Assembly: GCA_964530325.1 (NCBI GenBank)
Contig: CAZHAX010000002.1
Coordinates: 6,400-70,399 of the forward strand
Source of the DNA: an uncultured Anaerolineales bacterium
GTDB lineage: Bacteria; Chloroflexota; Anaerolineae; B4-G1
DNA length: 64,000 nt
Direction: 5' to 3'
Position 1 is the first letter of the stretch; each line of letters opens with the position of its first letter. Shown here piece by piece: positions 47,001 through 55,255 of this stretch. The translations under genes were made by a program, and so were the position numbers. The notes under the pieces are model-generated. The model was not told where the DNA came from, did no database searches, and worked only from the letters and a program-made list of their open reading frames with translations.

Positions 47001-48386
47001 CGAGCCAAGGGGCACGGCTGTGCTGGTGATGATGTGATAGGTGTCGCTGATCGTCAGCGCCGGGTTGGCCGAAAGCAGCAGCGCGCTCAGGCCGGCGACG
47101 TGCGGCGCAGCCATCGACGTGCCCTGCTTCGTGCCGTATACGCCGCCGGGCAGGCTGGAGCGGACGCCGACGCCCGGAGCGGCGACGTGCGGGCGTATCT
47201 CACCCCAGGGCGAGGGGCCACGGCTGGAGAAGCTGACCACGTCATCGTCCGAGTCTGTGGCTCCCACGGCGAAGGCCTCTGGCAGGGCGGCCGGCGAGCC
47301 GACCGTGCCCTCGAGCGGCCCGTCGTTGCCATTGGAGAAGATGGCGACGATGCCGGCGACCCGCAGGGCCACGATGTCGGCCCGGAACGTGGTCAGGTAG
47401 CCGTTCGAGCTACCCCAGGAGCAGTTGACGACGTCGGGCGCGCGGCCCGGGTCGCCGCCGGGGGCCAGCAGCCATTCGAAGCCGGCGTGGATCCAGGAGT
47501 CCCAGCCGTGGCCGGTGCTATCGAGGACCTTCAAGGCGATCCACTTGGCGCCGGGCGCCACGCCAATACCGGACTGTCCCACCGCTGTGCCCAGCGTGTG
47601 TGTGCCGTGGCTGTGATCGTCCATCGGATAGAGCGTGCCGTTGACTGCGTCGTACCAGTTGCCGCTGTGCACGTGCGAGCCGTGGGGGTTGTAGCCCCGA
47701 TAGTTGGCCTGCAGGTCCGGGTGAAGCCAATCAACGCCCGTGTCCATTCCGGCGACCGTTGTTCCCGTGCCGGATATACTGAGCGAGGCCCACACCTCGG
47801 GTGCGCGTACCTGGGCTATGTTCCACTCCACCGCCGAGGCGCTGGAGCTGACCAGCGATTCCGTCGTCTCCCTCTCGTCCAAGATCCAGCGGCGGTAGTG
47901 GTCGAGGCGGATCGTGGCTATGGAGCGGTGCTGCGCGAGCGCCCGGATTAGTGAGGGGCGGGCCTCCAGAGCGAGTCCGTTGAAGATCCAGAACGACCTG
48001 AAGGAGCGGACGAGGCCCGCGGCCCTGGTCGCCTCCAGGAAGCCGATCAGCTCTGACTGCGACCGCGCTGCTGTAGTCTGCAGCGCTTCTACCGCGCGCC
48101 GAGCGCTGTCTTCGGCGTCCGTCCCGCGGGAACTCGCCTCTTCCGGGTCTGCCTGCTCGCGGAGCTCGACGATGACCCGGAGCTCGTCATGCTCGCGCGA
48201 CCTAGCCAGCGCCCGGACCAGCTCGGGAGCGAGCACGCCCCCCGGCGGGTCAGGCTGAGTCGCTGCGTCGCTCGCCGGGGTTGGCGGGTCGCGCGCGGGG
48301 GGAGGCGGGGGTTCGCCCCCGCTGGCGCTGGCCCCGGTAGCCAGCAGGAAGAACAGACAGGCCAGCCAGCGAGCACTCCTCTTCAC
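44070..48386 (-). CDS. Large secreted S8 subtilase: prodomain + catalytic domain + carboxypeptidase-regulatory-like, GATase-like and DUF11 modules (about 1438 aa)
   Basis: GTG start with signal peptide; triad GMDTG, HSHGTHT, GTSMAAPH; DUF11-type GDAVTYTLLLSNDG. Confidence 0.92.
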   Translation of the reverse strand: MKRSARWLACLFFLLATGASASGGEPPPPPARDPPTPASDAATQPDPPGGVLAPELVRALARSREHDELRVIVELREQADPEEASSRGTDAEDSARRAVEALQTTAARSQSELIGFLEATRAAGLVRSFRSFWIFNGLALEARPSLIRALAQHRSIATIRLDHYRRWILDERETTESLVSSSASAVEWNIAQVRAPEVWASLSISGTGTTVAGMDTGVDWLHPDLQANYRGYNPHGSHVHSGNWYDAVNGTLYPMDDHSHGTHTLGTAVGQSGIGVAPGAKWIALKVLDSTGHGWDSWIHAGFEWLLAPGGDPGRAPDVVNCSWGSSNGYLTTFRADIVALRVAGIVAIFSNGNDGPLEGTVGSPAALPEAFAVGATDSDDDVVSFSSRGPSPWGEIRPHVAAPGVGVRSSLPGGVYGTKQGTSMAAPHVAGLSALLLSANPALTISDTYHIITSTAVPLGSPVPNNDSGWGRIDVFAALASVTHPGYISGTVTTYGTGQPIAGALVIATPHGEGGGGSASSDGAGLYSMAIAPGTYDLNASAFGHLSGAISSIGVATDTVSVADFSLSALPTGTLQANATAAATGAPLTATITLEGTPLTATASSYRFKPPEGVYVVRASQLGYRVLTATAYITAGQATTVSLALPAAPSILLVDSGAWDYDSQIGYYQEALDDLAYTYDEWVVKSLPGDVPEAGDLTPYGIVVWSAPEDAPGSIGAQSAITGHLSSGGRLLLSGQDVGYLDDGGTGFFYAPYYRDYLKAQLVEDNADDWVLEGAEGSLFAGRTITIAGPGGADNQFSPDVVAPFDPDSAAGALVYREGGCGALSIGTCLPYKVIYLSFGFEAIESRAGRQEIMSTALDWLAAEPAAVGFELSPAEQTGIGVAGSIVTHALRLRHVGQSGSSDAFTLTLSGNSWSTQLSTPALTLSPCTSDNVVISVTVPISTALDARDEVTVTAQSTLSPTLVQTATLTTKAPAPILLVDDDRWYEQRPKYEAALGAAGLPYDVWESHPATGSGWDVGPYPEILARYPIVVWWTGYDWYRPVTSEQLGWLESYLEEGGRLFLSSQDFLYFHGDSAFSRRCLGLLSFAEDITATSATGVVGDPAGDRLGPYELDYPFRNWSDAVEPWPGTAVSFRDQGRRAIALSREEGDHRAVFLSFPFETLAEAERPAVMQQAVGWLSWLGGSTFSPNRPAMGSGDAVTYTLLLSNDGPLTVTASLSNTLPASTTILPGSLAGPATYDPPTTRVSWTGQLGPGEGVTVTYAAVLTGTAGTQITNTARLRLDDHSIGFDRGAVVRIGAPDLSPSALWCEPERPRPGTVVSCALAAANAGPATAVSATVAISLPTTAEYVPGSLVWAGGGSAAASDDAVDWAGSIVSGGQITVTYALQLPADPLQLPHYSVAFLEDGTGLLLERPAWVVAEPCRVRLILIFRGYGGP

Positions 48387-48396
48387 AGCACAAACG

Positions 48397-48511
48397 ATTA
48401 TATCAGAAAGAGGGCGTTCGCCCAGGGGGTGGCGTCCGGGTTGGTGTGGCCCTGCCGGCGTCCGGTAGGGGCAAGGCACGCCTCGCCCCTACGGCGTCGT
48501 TCTGCTATAAT
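48397..48511. promoter_or_regulatory. Back-to-back extended -10 promoters (subtilase / methyltransferase)
   Basis: Minus strand TG-A-TATAAT at 48405-48397; plus strand TG-C-TATAAT at 48503-48511, followed by RBS GGGAGG. Confidence 0.65.
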
Positions 48512-48528
48512 CCACACGGGAGGCACGA

Positions 48529-49182
48529 ATGAGCGCTGTGTTCATGCGCGTGCTCGAATCGACGCCCGACCGCTACGACGCCGTGATGAGGGCGCTGACG
48601 CTTGGACGGGTCGAGCGGAGCTACGATCGCCTGGCCGCGCGCCTCGAGCCGGGCTGGCGCCTGCTCGACGTCGGCGCCGGCACCGGCGGGCTGGCATTGC
48701 GTGCGGCGGCGCGAGGCTGCCAGGTCTTGGCTATCGACGTCAACGCTGGGATGCTGGCAATCGCCCGGGGCAAGGGGGACGCGGCGGGCCTTGCTGGCCG
48801 CGTGGAGTGGCGGGAGATGGGCGTGGCGGAGGTCGATAGCCTCCCTGCAGCCGGCTTCGATGCCGTCTCTGCCGGGCTCTGTCTGTCTGAGCTGTCCGCA
48901 GACGAAAGGCGCTACTTTCTCGGTCAGGCGCTCAGGCTGCTGCGGCCGGGAGGGCTGCTGCTGCTGGCGGACGAGGTAGCGGCGCCGGGGCTGGCCGGGC
49001 TGCTCCTCCGCGCGGTCCGCGTCCCCCTCACCGCGCTCACCTGGCTGCTGGCTGGCAGCACGACGCGGGCCGTTCCCGATCTGGAGGGGCTCGTGAGGAG
49101 GACAGGGCTTGAGATCGTGGAATCCCAGTGTGGGCTGCTGGGCGGGTGGCAGGAGCTGGTGGCCAGGCGGCCTAAGGATTGA
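48529..49182 (+). CDS. cpaM: Class I SAM-dependent methyltransferase, CpaM (corrinoid-protein-associated)-like
   Basis: MRVLESTPDRYD..MRALTLGR N-terminus, LLDVGAGTG, DVNAGML, AGLCLSELS.DE; HgcAB-like fusion gene 1.2 kb downstream. Confidence 0.68.
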   Translation: MSAVFMRVLESTPDRYDAVMRALTLGRVERSYDRLAARLEPGWRLLDVGAGTGGLALRAAARGCQVLAIDVNAGMLAIARGKGDAAGLAGRVEWREMGVAEVDSLPAAGFDAVSAGLCLSELSADERRYFLGQALRLLRPGGLLLLADEVAAPGLAGLLLRAVRVPLTALTWLLAGSTTRAVPDLEGLVRRTGLEIVESQCGLLGGWQELVARRPKD

Positions 49183-50071
49183 GGACCTGCACGGTCGGCC
49201 GCAGCCCCAGATCATCGATCAGCCCGTTCAGTTCTATGTCGTTCAGCCGCCGGCCCTTGCCCGCGTAGGCGGTCAGAGCCGCCTCGAGAGCGTTTGTGCC
49301 GAACGAGCGGCCGTCGTAGCGCGGGGTGGTCGTGACCACTTTGTGCACCCCCCGGGACGCGAGCAGCCCGACGTTCTCCTCGGTCGTCGTGTTCGTGACC
49401 ACCGTCTTGCCGGCCAGGTCATTCGGCATGTACTTGCGCATGAAAAGAAAGTCGCCGGCGAGCAGATCGGCCTCCTCGAAGCAACGGGTATGCTTCGGCT
49501 CCTGTTCCGCCCCGCCGCTGCCGTAGAAGATCATGCTCATAGGGAAGAAGCTGACGATGGGCAGGAGGACCCGCGCCAGCCTGCGGTAGCTTTCGATGCC
49601 ACGCACCGGGATGGGGAGGCCCAGGCCGACCATCAGATCGCCAAAGACCACCTCATCCGCCGCCTCGGTGACCGCCTCGGCCAGCCCCAGCCTGTCGACG
49701 GCCATCGGCATGAAAGCCTTCCGGAAACGGGGCCGGCCTCCCAGATCCGCTTCGGCCAGTTCGAAGACCCGCCGCTCGAGCGTGTGCTTCAGTCCGCGGC
49801 CGTCGACGACCGGCGTGTGCCGCACGCCCCGTACCAGCTTGAGCGCGGCGCGGAGGGGATACTCGCGCTGACCCAGCCGCAGGTAGAGATCGGCGCCGCC
49901 TACACCGAGCGCATCGACCTGTCCGTCGAGCTCGGCAAAGAGCCGCTGAGCGGCCGGCACGTCGCCATCGGTGCCTATCCGCTCGACGCTGACCGGTGTG
50001 CCGGCGAGATTGGCGACCACGCGCTTATCGCGCGCTGAACTACCCAGGCTTACGCTGACCGCTCTCTTCAT
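49172..50071 (-). CDS. Conserved protein of unknown function (family often labelled quinate 5-dehydrogenase, 299 aa)
   Basis: MKRAVSVSLGSS.RD, ERIGTDGD, DGQVDALGVGG, VVDGRGLKHTLE, GKTVVTNTTT, GRSFGTNALEA; TATAAT at 50104-50099. Confidence 0.75.
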   Translation of the reverse strand: MKRAVSVSLGSSARDKRVVANLAGTPVSVERIGTDGDVPAAQRLFAELDGQVDALGVGGADLYLRLGQREYPLRAALKLVRGVRHTPVVDGRGLKHTLERRVFELAEADLGGRPRFRKAFMPMAVDRLGLAEAVTEAADEVVFGDLMVGLGLPIPVRGIESYRRLARVLLPIVSFFPMSMIFYGSGGAEQEPKHTRCFEEADLLAGDFLFMRKYMPNDLAGKTVVTNTTTEENVGLLASRGVHKVVTTTPRYDGRSFGTNALEAALTAYAGKGRRLNDIELNGLIDDLGLRPTVQVLNP

Positions 50072-50140
50072 GGGCGCCCCTTGGGTTCTCCGGGCGGCAT
50101 TATACACCTCCGCGCGGGCCTGCGAAAGCGCCACGGATCT

Positions 50141-50241
50141 ACCGCAGAGAGCGCAGAGATCGCGGAGAAGCCGAAAGCGGCGGGGAGGGGGCAGCCCCGA
50201 AGAGGATTGTCACCCTCGGCGCCCTCTGCGTGCTCTGCGGT
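50141..50241. repeat. 101-bp element bounded by imperfect 27-bp inverted repeats built from three 9-mers
   Basis: Left: ACCGCAGAG AGCGCAGAG ATCGCGGAG. Right (reverse complement): ACCGCAGAG CACGCAGAG GGCGCCGAG. Confidence 0.75.
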
Positions 50242-50266
50242 TGGTGTGTCCGGAGGGGCTGTCTGC

Positions 50267-50295
50267 TTGTGCTCGCCTGGCCCGCAGGCTATAAT
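50267..50295 (+). promoter_or_regulatory. Promoter of the HgcAB-like gene
   Basis: TTGTGC-17-TATAAT. Confidence 0.55.
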
Positions 50296-50352
50296 CATTC
50301 GCGCAGAGGCTGATGCCCGCAGTCGCCGCCTGTTCTGGCTTGTTTGCGTGCA

Positions 50353-51450
50353 ATGATTGACACAGCGCTGCCCCGGCCGCTGTTGTGGCTTGTCACAACA
50401 GCGCTTCGCCTGCTTCCCTGGCCTACTCGCACAGGGCTGCGCCGTGTGGGCAGCCCGGGTCCGTCGTCCTCTGTCGTACTCACGGCCAACTTCGCGCTGA
50501 CCGTGCAACGGGTGAGGCGGGCGCTGCGCGGCCTCGATGCCTGGCTCCTGGTGGCGAACTCGCGCGGCATCAACGTCTGGTGCGCCGCCGCCGGCGGCCA
50601 TCTGACGACGCACGACGTCATTTCCTCGCTGAAGACGACCACCGTTGCCGATAGTGTATCGCACCGTCGCCTCGTGCTGCCCCAGTTGGCGGCCGCCGGC
50701 GTGGAGGCGGACGAGGTGCGGCGGCGAGCCGGCTGGGAGGTGGTCTGGGGGCCGGTCGATGTGCGCGATCTGCCCTCGTTCCTGCAAGGCGAGGAGTCGC
50801 CCCAGATGCGCCAGGTCGAGTTCGGGCTCCTCCAGCGCGTCGAGATGGCCGTGATGTGGGCCGCTCCGCTTTCTCTGCTCGCCCTGGCCGCAGCGCTCGT
50901 CTGGCCAGAGGGGGCGCTGCCGCTCCTGGGTACCATCTGGGGCCTTGCGCTGGCCGTCTATCTCGCTTTCCCTCTATATGAGCGGCTCGTCGCACGCACC
51001 GGGTTGGCCGGCTTCCTGACCCTGTTTGGAGTGTTTGCCGTGGCAGGGGCCGCGATGGTTGACATACTGGGCGGCAACCTGGCCTGGCCGTTCCTGCTCC
51101 GCTGGGGTGGGATTGGCTTGGCTACGGTCTTCATGCTCGGGATCGACCTGGCCGGCAGTACTCCGCTCTACAAGAGCTGGGTCCAGCCCGAGCGCCGCTG
51201 CACTGTGGCCCTGGCTGTGGAGCGGTGCACAGCCTGCGGTCGCTGCGCCGAGGTCTGCCCGCGAGGGGTGTTCGTCGTGGAGCGGGTTGCCGCCCTGCGC
51301 CAGGCCGATCGCTGCGAGCAGTGTGGGGCTTGCATCGTCCAGTGCCCGGAGGACGCACTCAGCTTCGCCGGCCCGGGCGGTGAGAGCGTCGGTGCCGACA
51401 TCATCCGCAGGCACAAGCTCAACCTGCTGGGGCGGAGGGGCCACGACTAG
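50353..51450 (+). CDS. Fused HgcAB-like protein: CdhD/HgcA-type corrinoid domain + TM helices + 2x[4Fe-4S] ferredoxin (about 365 aa)
   Basis: TGL.RVG.P...S.V.LTANF.LT, WLLVANSRGINVWCAAAGG, RRLVLPQLAA.GV, WGPV; hydrophobic helices; CTACGRCAEVCP and CEQCGACIVQCP. Start could be TTG 50344. Confidence 0.9.
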   Translation: MIDTALPRPLLWLVTTALRLLPWPTRTGLRRVGSPGPSSSVVLTANFALTVQRVRRALRGLDAWLLVANSRGINVWCAAAGGHLTTHDVISSLKTTTVADSVSHRRLVLPQLAAAGVEADEVRRRAGWEVVWGPVDVRDLPSFLQGEESPQMRQVEFGLLQRVEMAVMWAAPLSLLALAAALVWPEGALPLLGTIWGLALAVYLAFPLYERLVARTGLAGFLTLFGVFAVAGAAMVDILGGNLAWPFLLRWGGIGLATVFMLGIDLAGSTPLYKSWVQPERRCTVALAVERCTACGRCAEVCPRGVFVVERVAALRQADRCEQCGACIVQCPEDALSFAGPGGESVGADIIRRHKLNLLGRRGHD

Positions 51451-51531
51451 CGGTGGCTCCAGGCACAGCGCTCGTCCTCGGGATTGCTCGAGGAGTCTGA
51501 GAATGACGTATCCGTCTGGGGAGGCGTCAAC

Positions 51532-52479
51532 GTGAAGAAGGTGGCCAAGTTCGTCAAGGCCGTAGTCAAGAACGTCGAAACAGTGATCGTGGGCAAGGCT
51601 CGCCAAGTCGAGCTCCTCCTGGCTGCGGTGCTCTGCCAGGGTCACGTCCTGATCGATGACGTCCCCGGCGTGGGCAAGACTATGCTCGCCCGCGCGGTAG
51701 CGGGCAGCATGGGGCTCGATTGCAGGCGGCTCCAGTGCACGCCCGATCTTCTGCCCAACGACATCACCGGAGTGAATGTGTTTAACCAGAAGACCGCCGA
51801 ATTCGAGTTCCGCCCGGGCCCCGTCTTCGTCAACATCCTCCTGGCGGACGAGATCAACCGGGCCACGCCGCGGACGCAGGCCGCACTGCTCGAGGCCATG
51901 CAGGAGCGGCAGGTATCGATCGACGGGGTCACGCATCCGCTCGACGCCCCCTTCCTGGTTCTGGCCACGCAGAACCCGGTCGAGCACGAGGGCACCTTTG
52001 CCTTGCCGGAGGCGCAGAGGGACCGCTTCCTGATCAGCCTGTCGCTGGGCTATCCCGAGGGCGAGGATGAGATAGAGATGCTGCGCAACCTGCGGAAGAC
52101 CCACCCGATCGAGGCCATCGGATCCGTTGTCGACGGATCGAAGCTGATCGACCTGGCCGACCTGGTGACCGACGTCCACGTCGACGAGACAGTGGAGCAC
52201 TACATCCTGGCCATTGTGCAGGCCACCCGCACGCACTCGGACGTTGGCCTGGGGGCCAGCCCGCGCGGCTCGCTGGCCCTGTACAAGATGGCCCAGGCCA
52301 TGGCTGCGCTGCAGGGCCGCGACTACGTGCTGCCGGACGACGTAAAGGAGCTGGTTCCGCTCACGCTCTCCCATCGGTTGATCATCAGACCCGAAAGCCA
52401 GCTGCGAGGACGTACTCCGGCGAGCGTGCTCGAGCGCATAGTCGAGGACACGCCCTTGGATGTGGGCGATCATCGGTAG
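51532..52479 (+). CDS. moxR: MoxR-family AAA+ ATPase
   Basis: RBS GGGAGG; DDVPGVGKT, QCTPDLLP.D, LADEINRATPRTQAALLEAM, ATQNPVE, GASPRG. Confidence 0.93.
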   Translation: MKKVAKFVKAVVKNVETVIVGKARQVELLLAAVLCQGHVLIDDVPGVGKTMLARAVAGSMGLDCRRLQCTPDLLPNDITGVNVFNQKTAEFEFRPGPVFVNILLADEINRATPRTQAALLEAMQERQVSIDGVTHPLDAPFLVLATQNPVEHEGTFALPEAQRDRFLISLSLGYPEGEDEIEMLRNLRKTHPIEAIGSVVDGSKLIDLADLVTDVHVDETVEHYILAIVQATRTHSDVGLGASPRGSLALYKMAQAMAALQGRDYVLPDDVKELVPLTLSHRLIIRPESQLRGRTPASVLERIVEDTPLDVGDHR

Positions 52480-52490
52480 ACAGCGCCTCC

Positions 52491-53672
52491 ATGCAGAGCT
52501 TCGGGCCGTTCCTGCTGCTCCTCCTGCTCATTGCGGTCCTGCTGCGTGCCGATTCCTTCGTCCTCGTTGCCTATGTTCTGCTTGGAGCCTACCTACTCTC
52601 TGACATGTGGACCCGCCATCTAATCGGGCGGCTGCACGTCCGGCGCACCTTCACCGATCGAGCCTTCCGCGGCGAACGGATTGCCGTGGAGGTGGAGATC
52701 GACAACAGCAGCTGGTTGCCGGTGCCCTGGCTGGAGATTGGCGAATCGCTGCCGGTCGGCCTGGCTAACCCGCCGTTTCGGCGTGCCGCCATGGGCATTG
52801 GGCCCCGGGGAAAGAGGCATCTGCGCTACGTGCTGGCCTGTCAGCGTCGAGGATATTACAGCATCGGCCCCGCCGTGCTGCGGACGGGCGGATTGCTGGG
52901 TATCAGGCCCGTCAGCCGCAAGGTGACGCCGGCCGACCACCTGATAGTCTATCCCGAGGTCGTCAGCCTGGGCCAGCTCGGTCTGCCCACCCGCTCGCCG
53001 CTAGTCGTATCTGCCGCTCAGGTTTCACTCTTCGAAGACCCGGCCCGGGTGATGGGTGTGCGGGACTACCAGGTGGGCGATTCGCCACGGCGGATGCATT
53101 GGACGGCGACGGCCCGAGTGGGCAAGCTGCTCGTACGGCGGTATCAGCCTGGCAGCGCTCGGGAGACGCTTGTCTGCCTGGATCTGGATCGGGAGAGCTA
53201 CAGCCTGGGCCAGCCGTACGACTCCGCGGAACTGGCGATCGTCGTCGCCGCCTCGATCGCTAATCACACTGCTGTTCGCGAGCGGCTGCCAGTCGGCCTG
53301 GCGACGGAGGCCTTCGACCCGGAGCTGGGCCGGAATGCCCGCTTCCTCATCCCGCCTGGGTCTGGCCAGGCCCATCTGATACGACTGATGGAGGTGCTGG
53401 CCAGGGTGCAGATGTCCTCCTCGGCCCCGTTCCAGGAGCTGCTGCTACGGGAGACGCTTCGGCTGTCCTGGGGAAGCACGCTGGTGGCGATCACTGGCAG
53501 TGAGAGCGAGCCGCTTCTCGAGGAGATCTTCAGAATCAGGAGTTCCGGCTTCGCCGTGGCCCTGGTCCTGGTTGGGCCTGGGCGCAGTTCGTCTGCATTG
53601 CGGAGGGGGGCGACGGGTGTTGGTCTGGCCGTGCACCGCGTGTGGCGGAAGAGAGACCTGGAAGCCTGGTGA
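52491..53672 (+). CDS. DUF58-domain protein (MoxR partner)
   Basis: RRGYYSIGP, VYPEV, GVRDYQVGD..RRMHWTATAR.GKL; follows moxR. Confidence 0.88.
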   Translation: MQSFGPFLLLLLLIAVLLRADSFVLVAYVLLGAYLLSDMWTRHLIGRLHVRRTFTDRAFRGERIAVEVEIDNSSWLPVPWLEIGESLPVGLANPPFRRAAMGIGPRGKRHLRYVLACQRRGYYSIGPAVLRTGGLLGIRPVSRKVTPADHLIVYPEVVSLGQLGLPTRSPLVVSAAQVSLFEDPARVMGVRDYQVGDSPRRMHWTATARVGKLLVRRYQPGSARETLVCLDLDRESYSLGQPYDSAELAIVVAASIANHTAVRERLPVGLATEAFDPELGRNARFLIPPGSGQAHLIRLMEVLARVQMSSSAPFQELLLRETLRLSWGSTLVAITGSESEPLLEEIFRIRSSGFAVALVLVGPGRSSSALRRGATGVGLAVHRVWRKRDLEAW

Positions 53673-55255
53673 CGGAGTCTGAAGGCTGGACGGGAAGGGT
53701 GTTCCGGCCCCTGGTCGTAGGGGCGATGGTTGCCTGCCTGGCGTTGGCAAGCGCCGGCCTGCTCGCTCTCGGCGGAGTATGGCTGAGTACAGCCGCCCTG
53801 GTGCTGATACCGCTGCTGGCAGCGCTGGAGAGCGCCAGCACGCGCCGCCTGATCAAGGCACGATTGCTCTGGCGCCTGGGCGCAGGCAGGACGCGGGCGC
53901 TCGAGATCGTACTCCTGTTCATCATGGCCCGTCTGGTGAGCTATCTGGGGTATTCCTGGGCCGATATCGTGGCCGAGGCGCGGCTTTGGCCGGTCGATCC
54001 ACTGGCAATGGCAGGGCCGGTGCAGGTGGCGGCGTTCGGCACAGCTCTGCTGGCGTGGTGGGCGGTGAATGCCACGGAGCGCGACTTCGAGCGTATCGGC
54101 GGCCTGCCCGATTCCGACCGCCGCGGGCGCAGCCGGGACTATGTGCCCCCGCGGGCGACGGTGACTGCCCGCATCTTCGTCGGAGGCGCGCTGCTGCTCA
54201 TCCTGACGGCTTTCCCCTACGCCAGTTTGGTGGCCGGCAGCGGCTTCTACACCATATCGAGGCCCCTGCCGCTGTACCTGGCAGCCTACTTCGTGCTCGG
54301 TCTAGCTCTGCTGGCACTCGTGCAGCATGCGGAGCTCCAACACTGGTGGAGGGCGAGCGGCGTCCGGGTCAGCCTCGGCCTGGCCGGGAGGTGGGCTCGC
54401 TACAGCCTGGCCATCGTCGCCCTGGCGACGCTTGTCGCCCTCGTTCTGCCGACGGACTACTCCTTGGGCTTGTTTGACCTTGCCTCTAGAGCGCTCTATC
54501 CGCTGGTCGTCGCGGCCTCCTACGTAGCCTACGGGATCCTCGTCGCGGCGTTCTTCATCATCGCGTTGTTGGGGAGGCTAACCGCTCTTCTGCTGGGGAA
54601 CGGGCCCGCGCCGATGGCAGGGCCGCCCGCTGAGCCGCCGGTGGTAGAGCCGATCGCTCCGCTGCCGAACTGGCTGGATATCCTCCGATCGGTTGTCTTC
54701 TGGGCAGCCACGGTAGCTGGCGCGGTATACGTGGTCCGCAGTTACCTTCGCGATCATCCAGCCGTGTTGCGCTCGCTATCCAGGATAGGATGGGTCCGCG
54801 GCCTGCTAGATGGCCTGGCCAGGCTTTGGGGGCAGGCCGCGCGGGCCGCTGCCGCCGCCCGGGAGCTCGTCTCGCACCCAAGCCTGCGCCGGCGCCGGCG
54901 CGGGTCGCGTGCGCGTAGACGTCTCCGCCTTCTTAGGCCGGGCTCGCTTCCACCTCGTGAACGGATCTGGTACTACTACGGGAGCCTCCTGCGGCGTGCA
55001 GCCCGATCGGGGTTGCCCAGAGGCGGCAGCCAGACCCCCTTCGAGTACGAGGCGGCAGCCTGGCCTGCGCTGGCTGGGGCCAGGGATGACATGCGGCTTC
55101 TGACTCAGGCCTACGTGGAGGCACGCTACAGCGCCCACGCGATAACGCCGGAAAGGGCCCAAGAGGCACGCGCCCAGCTGAGCCGCCTGATGGCGGCGCT
55201 CAGGTCGGCGGACGTGGGACGCAAGAGCAAAGGCGAGGCGGCGACGTCGCCCTGA
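53669..55255 (+). CDS. Multi-pass membrane protein with C-terminal DUF4129
   Basis: GTGA overlap; many TM helices; YGSLLRRA...GLPR..SQTPFEY...LTQAYVEARYS. Confidence 0.8.
   Translation: MTESEGWTGRVFRPLVVGAMVACLALASAGLLALGGVWLSTAALVLIPLLAALESASTRRLIKARLLWRLGAGRTRALEIVLLFIMARLVSYLGYSWADIVAEARLWPVDPLAMAGPVQVAAFGTALLAWWAVNATERDFERIGGLPDSDRRGRSRDYVPPRATVTARIFVGGALLLILTAFPYASLVAGSGFYTISRPLPLYLAAYFVLGLALLALVQHAELQHWWRASGVRVSLGLAGRWARYSLAIVALATLVALVLPTDYSLGLFDLASRALYPLVVAASYVAYGILVAAFFIIALLGRLTALLLGNGPAPMAGPPAEPPVVEPIAPLPNWLDILRSVVFWAATVAGAVYVVRSYLRDHPAVLRSLSRIGWVRGLLDGLARLWGQAARAAAAARELVSHPSLRRRRRGSRARRRLRLLRPGSLPPRERIWYYYGSLLRRAARSGLPRGGSQTPFEYEAAAWPALAGARDDMRLLTQAYVEARYSAHAITPERAQEARAQLSRLMAALRSADVGRKSKGEAATSP

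Noticed and set aside
43961-50241. CRISPR array from the short repeats
   Set aside because: The repeats are inverted pairs, not regularly spaced direct repeats with unique spacers; no cas genes.
50296-50352. Cobalamin riboswitch upstream of the corrinoid gene (or upstream of the MesB-like gene)
   Set aside because: The leader is only about 50 nt (11 nt for MesB) and lacks B12-box motifs.
50353-51450. Calling this hgcA/hgcB (mercury methylation)
   Set aside because: Fused architecture, cap helix NVWCAAAGG rather than NVWCAAGK, and no C-terminal Cys pair; tested fused homologs do not methylate Hg.
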